Positions 1 through 7,175 of a DNA stretch of 32,000 nt are shown one piece after another. The notes beneath the pieces are model-generated. The model saw nothing but the letters and a program-made list of their open reading frames with translations. It had not been told where the DNA came from and ran no database searches. The position numbers were made by a program, and so were the translations under genes. The stretch's first letter is position 1; each line of letters begins with the position of its first letter. This DNA comes from Erysipelothrix larvae. GTDB taxonomy: Bacteria > Bacillota_I > Bacilli_A > Erysipelotrichales > Erysipelotrichaceae. The stretch covers positions 1,410,001-1,442,000 of the forward strand of contig NZ_CP013213.1 in assembly GCF_001545095.1 (NCBI RefSeq), given 5' to 3'.

Positions 1-766
1 CACCACTTCCATTTGTGTGTTCACGAATTAAGCCTTCGACATCCACATTTGGATCTTTACTGTTTATCGTGCAGGTTGCACCTAATTCTTTCGCTTTGAG
101 TAGACGTTCATCGTTTATGTCCACAGCAATAATCTTTGAACACCCTGCAATCTTTGCGGCCATAAGTGACGCAAATCCTACTGCTCCAGTTCCAAAGACG
201 GCAATTGACTCGCCTGCTTTCGGTTTTAACACACTTAACACAGCACCACTTCCAGTACCCAACCCACAACCAAGGGGTCCCAATAGCCGAAGGTCAATAT
301 CTTTATCGACTTTCACAATGTTTGATTCATCGACTAAACTATAGGTTGCGAAAGATGATTGATTGAAGAAATTATTGATGGGTTTATCATCTTGTGTAGT
401 AAGAACATACTCTTGTCGTCCATTGGTTCCTGAGTTATTTATCCCCATCCAGTGATCACATGAGGATGGATGTCCTGTACTACATCCTTCACACTTTTCA
501 CAATAACCATAGGATAAGATAACATGATCTCCAGGTTTGACACTTTTAACAGAAGGCCCAACACGTTCAACAATTCCTGATCCTTCGTGCCCTAAAACAT
601 TTGGAAAACTGATTGAGTTCCCATTGCGCTCACCATAATCAGATCGACAAATTCCTGCTGCTACAACCTTAACAAGAACATCACTTTCTTTAGGTTCTTG
701 AAGGTTCACATCCATAATCGTATAGTCCATTCCCTTTTCTAAAACAACGGCTGCTTTTATTTTCAT
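1..766 (-). CDS. Zn-dependent medium-chain alcohol dehydrogenase (partial; C-terminal end lies beyond the left edge)
   Basis: Own translation of the minus strand from ATG 766-764 (AGGAGG ~10 nt upstream): MKIKAAVVLEKGMDY...AAGICRSD...LGHEGSGIVE...CEKCEGCSTGHPSSC (catalytic and structural Zn ligands)...VFGTGAVG (Rossmann). It stays open to position 1, so it is absent from the ORF track. Plus-strand ORFs 15-344 and 166-366 are antisense artefacts. Confidence 0.9.
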   Translation of the reverse strand, partial: MKIKAAVVLEKGMDYTIMDVNLQEPKESDVLVKVVAAGICRSDYGERNGNSISFPNVLGHEGSGIVERVGPSVKSVKPGDHVILSYGYCEKCEGCSTGHPSSCDHWMGINNSGTNGRQEYVLTTQDDKPINNFFNQSSFATYSLVDESNIVKVDKDIDLRLLGPLGCGLGTGSGAVLSVLKPKAGESIAVFGTGAVGFASLMAAKIAGCSKIIAVDINDERLLKAKELGATCTINSKDPNVDVEGLIREHTNGSG

Positions 767-1667
767 CTTGAGCATCCTCCTTTACTTTAAGTATATCGGC
801 AAGCCCCTTTAGCGTGATAGTAAAAAACGGAACTCAAATTAGCTCTAGTAATAATGTTTAGTGCATTTAAACCACAAAAAAAGAGACAAAATGGATGTCA
901 TAGCCCATCACAAATTGAATCTTTGTATATTTCAAATGCTCGAAAATCATGTATATTTCTTCTTGATTTGTCACCTAGACATAAAAAAACACTCACGCTT
1001 TTATACTTGCATTCGTGTTTAGTTTCAGTCATGTGTGATGACTAACCGCGTTTAACTCAAGGCTTCCTACTATTCAATGGATATTAAGATACCTTGATCA
1101 AGTCCTTTGTTCATGAAGGTATCAACTAAATAGTTTAATGGTGTCGTAGTGCCCAATAAACTTCAGGCTTAACATGTGATTACATGACTTATTAAACAAT
1201 GTATGCGCACATGTTTTTTGAATATAAAGGGTTTGATATTGACCCTTGTTTCATCAGAAATTGATAACGATTATAAATGCTAATTTCAGTTTATTTTATC
1301 ATCCTTGGGGTTGATCCAGGACATATATGAATAAAAAATGCCCTAAAACATGATCCATGAGTGACCACACCCTACTTCCATATTCAAAGACTCTTCTCAA
1401 TCTAACAATGCACTGATATAAAATCAACATATAATATATGTTTGTTATTGGAATTAAGTTCCTTTGATTTTAGGATAATCATAAAAAAGTCTTAAGACAC
1501 TTCATTTCTCTTTACCTGTTTTTCACATAACGCTTCCGATCCTTCATAATCCATCATTCCTCACTCCTTATTAGGTGTTTCAAAGACTTGTTAAACACAT
1601 CATTTTGATCGTTAATACTAGAACCATTATCGTATATTTTTATTCACGTCCTCATTAATTTATAACA

Positions 1668-1708
1668 CACAAGAAAACGACAGTGTGATATGAAAATCAA
1701 ACTGTCGT
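1668..1708 (-). terminator. Rho-independent terminator downstream of the AraC-type gene
   Basis: Perfect 8-bp stem ACGACAGT (1677-1684) / ACTGTCGT (1701-1708) with a 16-nt loop. On the minus-strand RNA it is followed by UUUUCUU. It lies ~25 nt after the stop at 1733. Confidence 0.6.
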
Positions 1709-1732
1709 ATTGAAATTATTTAGGTTGTTATA

Positions 1733-2710
1733 TTATACCTTACGCACGGGTCTTATATACTTCCAAAACCGTAAACAATCGTGGTAGAAATAGAAAATTC
1801 GATTGGGTGAGGTATCAAGGCAGTACCCTGTAGCTGAATAATCAAATGTTTTCATGGCTTCTTCGATTAATTGTTCTACGCTACTGTTTTCTGTTTCAAA
1901 ATCAAAGGGTCCATGTTCGAATACGATATATTCTGCTTCTGGTACAACAACCATGTGCATCTGTGGTGGAATTTCACCATCATAATCAATTGGTAAGCGC
2001 ACTCCATAACATTCTGAAAGTGGAATACCCCAACTACAAATTCTTCCAGTGGGTTCATTGATATAAGCCATGATTTGTCCACTACCGCTATTCATTTCAC
2101 TTCCACCATTATCATCCAATTTCCCCTTAATACTATCCAGAATTCCGCAAATCGTTTCGCAATCCTGACCGGGAATAAGACTCTGTTTTTGCCAAAAGTC
2201 CCAATAGCCTCTGCTTTCGTAATTCTTAATATGCAAAAACTTATGTGCTGGAATCCTAACAAAATAAGTTTTTATATCCTCAACTGATCCTAACATACCA
2301 GTTCCTCCTGCTTCTAAAAGATAACAGTCAAAGGGTCTTATGATTGATTGAAGGTGCACGGGTGTTGGGTTTTGTCGATATTCACGGGGAGACATTCCAT
2401 ATGTTTCCTTGAATGCACGCGTAAACGCTTCATGTGAAGAAAATCCGTGATTCAACCCAATTTCTAAAAAACTGCTTTGTGTATCGCGCACTTGCTTCAG
2501 TGCAAAAGCAAGCCTTCTATATCGTAGATAATCTCTGAACTGCATCCCAGAGATTTCTTTAAACTTTCTTGAAATATAGAATTCTGAATATGATAACTTT
2601 TGTGCAAGATGTTCTAGAGTAAGTGCTTCATCATTTTGATGCTTGATGCAACGGTCAATTTCATCAACGATTACTTGAATATTCTTGTGCCACTCATACA
2701 TCACATCCAC
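1733..2710 (-). CDS. AraC/XylS-family transcriptional regulator with C-terminal effector-binding (GyrI-like) region
   Basis: N-terminal double HTH typical of AraC (LAQKLSYSEFYISRKFKEISGMQFRDYLRYRRLAFAL...GFSSHEAFTRAFKETYGMSPREYR), followed by ~200 aa of non-HTH domain. 325-aa ORF. Confidence 0.85.
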   Translation of the reverse strand: MDVMYEWHKNIQVIVDEIDRCIKHQNDEALTLEHLAQKLSYSEFYISRKFKEISGMQFRDYLRYRRLAFALKQVRDTQSSFLEIGLNHGFSSHEAFTRAFKETYGMSPREYRQNPTPVHLQSIIRPFDCYLLEAGGTGMLGSVEDIKTYFVRIPAHKFLHIKNYESRGYWDFWQKQSLIPGQDCETICGILDSIKGKLDDNGGSEMNSGSGQIMAYINEPTGRICSWGIPLSECYGVRLPIDYDGEIPPQMHMVVVPEAEYIVFEHGPFDFETENSSVEQLIEEAMKTFDYSATGYCLDTSPNRIFYFYHDCLRFWKYIRPVRKV

Positions 2711-2927
2711 CTCTTTTCTACTGTTATAGAACCATTATAAAAGAACACATGTTAAGGCGCTTGATTTCACTTGTTATTATACTCTCTATATTTTTGATTT
2801 AAGTCTTGATTAACAAATTCGTCCTTATATGAAACATTTTACTACTTATCTGATAGATTTAAACTTCATTTGCTATCTTGAAATAAATGCAACTTATTTC
2901 TTCAATCATGTTAATTTATTGATAAGT

Positions 2928-3422
2928 TTAGCACTCAATGATTTCTTTCACAATCGTTTGGATACTCTTATTGCTGGTGTCAATTTTGATTGTATTTAGG
3001 TTTTGATACATTGGAAGTCTTTCAATACTTCTTTGAACAACCGATTCGTTACGAATGCCAGCTTGAATATCTTGTGCAAGTCTATTTCTTAATTCACTTT
3101 CGTTGACTACAAGCGATATGCATTTAGTAGTGTACGCTTGAAGATCAAGTCTTTCAATCACAGAATCAATAATCGTCTGTTCATGCATCACCCAACCGAA
3201 AACAACATTGTCATATGCAGAGCATCTCATAAAATTATTCAGCAAGTAACAAATGTTGTCGATTACCATTGCTTTTGTTTCTTCAGTGATCAAAAAAGGA
3301 TTCGCATCCCAGCACCAATCACCATCTAAAAAAACAGATTGAGGTAATGTATTTTTTAGTTGTTGACAAATGGTTGTTTTTCCCACCCCCATTGTGCCAC
3401 CAATCATATAAAGTGTTTTCAT
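2928..3422 (-). CDS. P-loop NTPase / small-molecule or nucleotide kinase-like protein
   Basis: Walker A motif GGTMGVGKTT near the N-terminus, ~165 aa, kinase-like size. Start moved to ATG 3422 (AAAGGAG 9 nt upstream) because the track start at 3431 abuts the SD. Confidence 0.7.
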   Translation of the reverse strand: MKTLYMIGGTMGVGKTTICQQLKNTLPQSVFLDGDWCWDANPFLITEETKAMVIDNICYLLNNFMRCSAYDNVVFGWVMHEQTIIDSVIERLDLQAYTTKCISLVVNESELRNRLAQDIQAGIRNESVVQRSIERLPMYQNLNTIKIDTSNKSIQTIVKEIIEC

Positions 3423-3824
3423 CTTCATCATCTCCTTTGGTTCCAGTACTTCTGATACTAACCGTCTTCACTATCTTGTTTAACCTTGCCACGAACACAC
3501 TTATCATGGTTTGAATGGGCAAACTAAACGAAATGAAGCCATATTAACCATAAAAAATCAATTCATCCCCCACTTATAGAAATCGAAGATTTCTTGTCAC
3601 TTATGTTTAAGCCAATACATTGATAAGAAAGGCGCTCAAAGACAATATGCTATAGCGCTATGAAATCTCTTGCTAACTTGACATTAATCGTCAATTTTTG
3701 GTCTCACGTCTAAAACTTCTGCGCTTCTCATTTCACGTAAAATATACTTGTAAATATAACGACTCATATCATCGGTATTAAATACGCTTATCCTTTATGG
3801 ACATTATTTAATGATCAAGGGTTG

Positions 3825-4103
3825 TTACTTTACTTTTACGCCTGTTTCCTCAACAAATTGCTTCCATTGTTTTTTTATCAGCGCTTTGTGTTGTGTGTCT
3901 GATAGATTTTCTGAGACATCATAACCCTCTTCTTCGAGATAATAGGCGAAGCAATCTGCTTCATATTCGTTTCTTCTATGCATGGCTGGAAAGTGTTTAA
4001 TCAAGTAATAGTTGAAATCTAAGTCAAAGTCCATGCGGTCTTTATTTCCAACAAGGTAATCCAAAACGAATGAATACATATACTTACTGTTGCTTTTTGT
4101 CAT
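3825..4103 (-). CDS. Hypothetical 92-aa protein, reminiscent of small helical colicin-D-type/self-protective immunity proteins
   Basis: Isolated ORF between two ORF-poor gaps. Acidic/aromatic helical composition (DFDLDFNYYLIKHFPAM...EADCFAYYLEEEGYDVSENLSD). Weak SD (GGAAAG ~11 nt upstream). The family assignment is by eye only. Confidence 0.5.
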   Translation of the reverse strand: MTKSNSKYMYSFVLDYLVGNKDRMDFDLDFNYYLIKHFPAMHRRNEYEADCFAYYLEEEGYDVSENLSDTQHKALIKKQWKQFVEETGVKVK

Positions 4104-4320
4104 AGTTGGTCTACTTTCCGTAGTACTATTTCTATTTGAATCTTTGAATAATTACTTTTTGTTATAAAATCATCTTAACCTATCTAGATGTAGTGACAGT
4201 ATGGATACTAAAAAATGATGAATTACTTAAAATTTACACTCGTTGTAACAAAACTACCGTCTCCACATGTTTTGAGATGAATTCATAGCTGTCAAGAAAT
4301 ATTGGCTCAAATGCTTTTAT

Positions 4321-4356
4321 CGAAAATTCCCTCTGTGGAAACATATCCACAGAGGG
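4321..4356 (-). terminator. Terminator of the metal operon (hairpin plus U-tract on the minus strand)
   Basis: Perfect 11-bp stem CCCTCTGTGGA (4329-4339) / TCCACAGAGGG (4346-4356) with a 6-nt loop. The minus-strand RNA continues AAUUUUCGAU. It lies ~120 nt downstream of the HMA gene stop. Confidence 0.6.
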
Positions 4357-4478
4357 CTTTCGTATGTGAGAACATATCAGTCAAAGTATGGATTTATTAC
4401 ATAGCTCCTCTAATACAGTTCTTAGGAAAAATTGCTTCCCAAACACTATCTCCCATACAAACTTAATTGGTTCGCTAC

Positions 4479-4712
4479 TTAAATATTTTTGACCTGGGAT
4501 TTTAATACTTCATAACCTAATTTGTCGATAACATGTTCAATGTCTTTTATAGATACTTTTTCATCGTCAAATTCCACCCTCACCTTGCTTGAATTAAATA
4601 GTACTTTTAAACTCTCTTTACTTACCCCGTCCAAAGATTTCACACCATTCTCTATTTTTTGCATACAAGACGGACATGTTAATGTTTCTAATTGAATCGT
4701 TGCTTTTTGCAT
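4479..4712 (-). CDS. Heavy-metal-associated (HMA) domain metallochaperone, CopZ-like
   Basis: 77 aa. Metal-binding CxxC (LTCPSCMQKIE) at the usual position of the ferredoxin-like HMA fold. SD AAAGGAGAG upstream of the ATG. Confidence 0.85.
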   Translation of the reverse strand: MQKATIQLETLTCPSCMQKIENGVKSLDGVSKESLKVLFNSSKVRVEFDDEKVSIKDIEHVIDKLGYEVLKSQVKNI

Positions 4713-4743
4713 TTTCTTCTCTCCTTTAGTTTATATCGATTTT

Positions 4744-4785
4744 ATTATACTCGATTATTATCATCATTAAATTGATTTGCATCAA
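4744..4785 (-). promoter_or_regulatory. FNR-type box TTGAT-TTGC-ATCAA plus TATAAT -10 (predicted class II promoter of the HMA gene)
   Basis: Perfect 5-4-5 core at 4772-4785 (centre 4778.5). Minus-strand TATAAT at 4749-4744. With a start 7 nt past the hexamer, the box centre is at -41.5. Confidence 0.65.
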
Positions 4786-4807
4786 CAGCTTAATTTGTTG
4801 TTTATTT

Positions 4808-6655
4808 TCATAGTTTGTAGCGTAGCAACCTCATGCCATTTAAAATGACCACTAATATGCTTGCTTCGTGTACTAACATTCCGATTGACATGTTCATCCA
4901 TTCACTAAAGAATACGCTGGCAAGAAGGACTAATACAACCCCTACTGCAATAATAATATTTTGAAGCATGTTATTAGCGGTTGCTTTTGTTAAACCTAAT
5001 GCATGTGGCAAGCGGCTGAAATCTGAATTCATTAAAACAACATCTGAAGTTTCGATTGCTACATCTGTTCCATTTCCCATAGCAATTCCAATTTGTGCTA
5101 GAGCTAGTGAAGGACTATCATTTACTCCATCTCCAACAAATGCCACAATTTGACCTTTTTCTTGTAACTCTTTAATATATGTTGCTTTATCTTCTGGCAA
5201 CATATGTCCATGAGCTTCTGTAAGTCCTAGTTCACGTGCTACTAAATCAACTGTTCCTTGGTTATCACCAGAAAGAACTACTAGATTTTTAACACCAAGT
5301 TTTTTCAACTTTTTAAGATCATCTTTTACACCCGGGCGAATTTGATCACGAATACCCATCAATGCTTTTAATTCACCATCAACTGATGTTAAAACAAGTG
5401 AGTTTCCATTTTTCTCAAATCTGGCAATATCTGCACGAGCTTTTTCACTTAAAAGAATATTTTCTTGCTCCATTAGTGCCACATTACCGACTGCAACTTT
5501 ATGACCTTCTACATGAGCTACAATTCCTCCACCTTTTACAACATCTGTTTTTTCAATTGTATATAATTTTATATCTCCAATATATTCTACAACTGCTTTT
5601 GCTAATGGATGATCTGATTCCTTTTCAACACTTGCTAGATACCCTAATACTTCATATTCATTATCTGCATAAATTTCTTTATCAGCTACTTTGGGATTTC
5701 CTATTGTTAATGTACCTGTTTTGTCAAATACCATGGTATCTAGTCTGCTAAAGTCACTAATAACCTCGCTACCTTTTAGAAGTACTCCATGACGTGCTCC
5801 ATTGCCAATCCCCGCGACGTTTGAAACTGGTACACCGATTACCAATGCTCCTGGACATCCTAAAACTAATATTGTAATTGCAAGTTCAATATCCCTTGAA
5901 AATATCCATACAATAAAAGAGAGAACTAAAACAGCTGGTGTGTAGTATTTAGAAAATCTATCAATGAAACGTTCTGCTTCTGATTTTGAATCCTGTGCTT
6001 CTTCAACCAACTCAATGATTTTACCAAAAGTAGTATCCTCACCTACACGATCAGCAGTGATTTGAATAGTTCCATTTTCTAAAATTGTTCCGGCATATAC
6101 CCCCGAATCTTTCTTTTTACTTACAGGAACCGCTTCTCCTGTAATACTTGCTTCATTAATATACCCTTCTCCTGTTAACACTGTACCGTCAACTGGGATT
6201 TTTGCACCCGTTTTAACAAGCAAAATATCTCCTACATCAACTTCATCTATTTCTACTTCTTCAAACTCACCATTTTTCAGTTGCTTTAGAGCAACTTCAG
6301 GCGCCATTTCAGTTAATTCTTTTATTGCAGAACGTGTTTTATTCAGTGTTCTTTGTTCTAGATAAGCTCCAAATAGAAATAAAAAGGTAACAATTGCTGA
6401 CTCCTCATAATTTCTAATTAGAAACGCGCCAATGACTGCAATGGTCACTAACACATCAATACTGACTACTTTAACTCTGAGTGCTTGATACGCTTGGATG
6501 GCAATCGGTATAACTCCTAAAACAGAGGCAATTATTAGTGACCATATGGCTATAGGTTCGTTTTGAAATCCTAATTTACTAACATATGCAATTATTATTA
6601 AAATTGCACTTACTATTGTAATATGATTCTTTCTTCCTAAAATTAATTTTTGCAT
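4808..6655 (-). CDS. P1B-type heavy-metal translocating ATPase without an N-terminal metal-binding domain
   Basis: TGE (SITGEAVPV), DKTGTLT and GDGVNDSPSLA motifs. Four predicted TM helices lie before the actuator domain and four after. TM6 has CPG (5849-5857) and the last TM has HEAS (4865-4870). Start set at ATG 6655 (GGAAGGAG 7 nt upstream); the track start is 6697. Confidence 0.9.
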   Translation of the reverse strand: MQKLILGRKNHITIVSAILIIIAYVSKLGFQNEPIAIWSLIIASVLGVIPIAIQAYQALRVKVVSIDVLVTIAVIGAFLIRNYEESAIVTFLFLFGAYLEQRTLNKTRSAIKELTEMAPEVALKQLKNGEFEEVEIDEVDVGDILLVKTGAKIPVDGTVLTGEGYINEASITGEAVPVSKKKDSGVYAGTILENGTIQITADRVGEDTTFGKIIELVEEAQDSKSEAERFIDRFSKYYTPAVLVLSFIVWIFSRDIELAITILVLGCPGALVIGVPVSNVAGIGNGARHGVLLKGSEVISDFSRLDTMVFDKTGTLTIGNPKVADKEIYADNEYEVLGYLASVEKESDHPLAKAVVEYIGDIKLYTIEKTDVVKGGGIVAHVEGHKVAVGNVALMEQENILLSEKARADIARFEKNGNSLVLTSVDGELKALMGIRDQIRPGVKDDLKKLKKLGVKNLVVLSGDNQGTVDLVARELGLTEAHGHMLPEDKATYIKELQEKGQIVAFVGDGVNDSPSLALAQIGIAMGNGTDVAIETSDVVLMNSDFSRLPHALGLTKATANNMLQNIIIAVGVVLVLLASVFFSEWMNMSIGMLVHEASILVVILNGMRLLRYKL

Positions 6656-6706
6656 ATTCATACTCCTTCCTATTATGATTTTTATTAATTGTATCACTTG
6701 TTTCTT

Positions 6707-7009
6707 TTATGATTCATATGCTTTATCTAATTCTGCCAACAGGTTATATACTGCTTCATAGCTTTCACAAACATCCTCTGGAACTGTATAATTGTCTGTA
6801 ATTTTACGTAACTTTACAAATTCATCTACTAAGTCAGGTTTTCCCCTTCCTGTATCTTTTAATTTTTTTGCAAGCTTATCATATACTTCACGAACTTGGT
6901 GAAATTCTGGATGATTGCCGCCATGAACTCGTGCTACAACTGGTACATACTGTGCTAATGTTTTTAAATGTGTTTCCTTAACTTGATTAAAATCTAATTT
7001 TTTTGACAT
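6707..7009 (-). CDS. Small RIC/YtfE-like (hemerythrin-fold-like) protein
   Basis: 100 aa. VVARVHGGNHPEF resembles YtfE KVERVHADKP, and NYTVPEDVCESYEAVYNLLAELD resembles YtfE [23 protein letters not shown] (recalled sequence). It lacks the central HxxxE/EEQILFP-type motifs. First gene of the ATPase operon. Confidence 0.55.
   Translation of the reverse strand: MSKKLDFNQVKETHLKTLAQYVPVVARVHGGNHPEFHQVREVYDKLAKKLKDTGRGKPDLVDEFVKLRKITDNYTVPEDVCESYEAVYNLLAELDKAYES
6980..6999. promoter_or_regulatory. Imperfect third FNR-type box inside the 5' end of the RIC-like gene
   Basis: AACTTGAT-TAAA-ATCTAATT matches the 8-4-8 site at 7073-7092: left arm 8/8, right arm 6/8. The two centres are 93 bp apart. 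Confidence 0.35.
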
Positions 7010-7047
7010 GTTTTTTTCCTTCTTTCTTTTTTCTTTGGGTTGATTAC

Positions 7048-7092
7048 ATTATATAAGGGATTAAAAGATATTAACTTGATCTACATCAAGTT
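7048..7092 (-). promoter_or_regulatory. FNR-type box AACTTGAT-CTAC-ATCAAGTT plus TATAAT -10 (predicted class II promoter of the RIC-like/ATPase operon)
   Basis: Perfect 8-4-8 palindrome at 7073-7092 (core TTGAT-N4-ATCAA 7076-7089, centre 7082.5). Minus-strand TATAAT at 7053-7048 places the centre at -41.5 of the predicted start (~7041). SD GAAGGA lies upstream of ATG 7009. Confidence 0.7.
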
Positions 7093-7107
7093 TGTTCTTT
7101 TTACGCA

Positions 7108-7158
7108 GAAAAATAGAACAGTTGGTATTTTTAAATTAATGCCAACTGTTCTATTTTT
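7108..7158 (-). terminator. Strong bidirectional rho-independent terminator after the FNR-like gene
   Basis: Stem AAAAATAGAACAGTTGG (7108-7124) / CCAACTGTTCTATTTTT (7142-7158) is perfectly complementary (17 bp). T-runs flank it on both strands. It lies 18 nt downstream of the stop at 7176. Confidence 0.8.
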
Positions 7159-7175
7159 TATTTTAAGATTATCTG

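Noticed and set aside
15-366. Plus-strand ORFs 15-344 and 166-366
   Set aside because: They are antisense to an open-ended minus-strand frame that translates into a textbook Zn-dependent alcohol dehydrogenase. They have no SD and a low-complexity composition.
898-1032. 44-codon minus-strand ORF with faint ArsR/CadC-like N-terminal pattern
   Set aside because: No recognisable HTH continuation was found in any frame downstream. The similarity is too weak to call a pseudogene, so it is mentioned only as a lead.
1290-1400. EVGCGHS, a possible methyltransferase motif I remnant
   Set aside because: It is a single short motif interrupted by stops in all frames, and it cannot be supported without a database search.
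5362-5751. 129-aa plus-strand ORF inside the ATPase gene (also 4968-5153)
   Set aside because: It is antisense to a gene with all the P-type ATPase motifs. Its Leu/His/Gln-rich composition is typical of the reverse frame of AT-rich coding DNA, and it has no SD.
7073-7092. The 8-4-8 palindrome considered as a terminator hairpin
   Set aside because: It is AT-rich with a 4-nt loop and no flanking U-tract. Its sequence is the exact FNR consensus at promoter-appropriate spacing, so it was called an operator instead.
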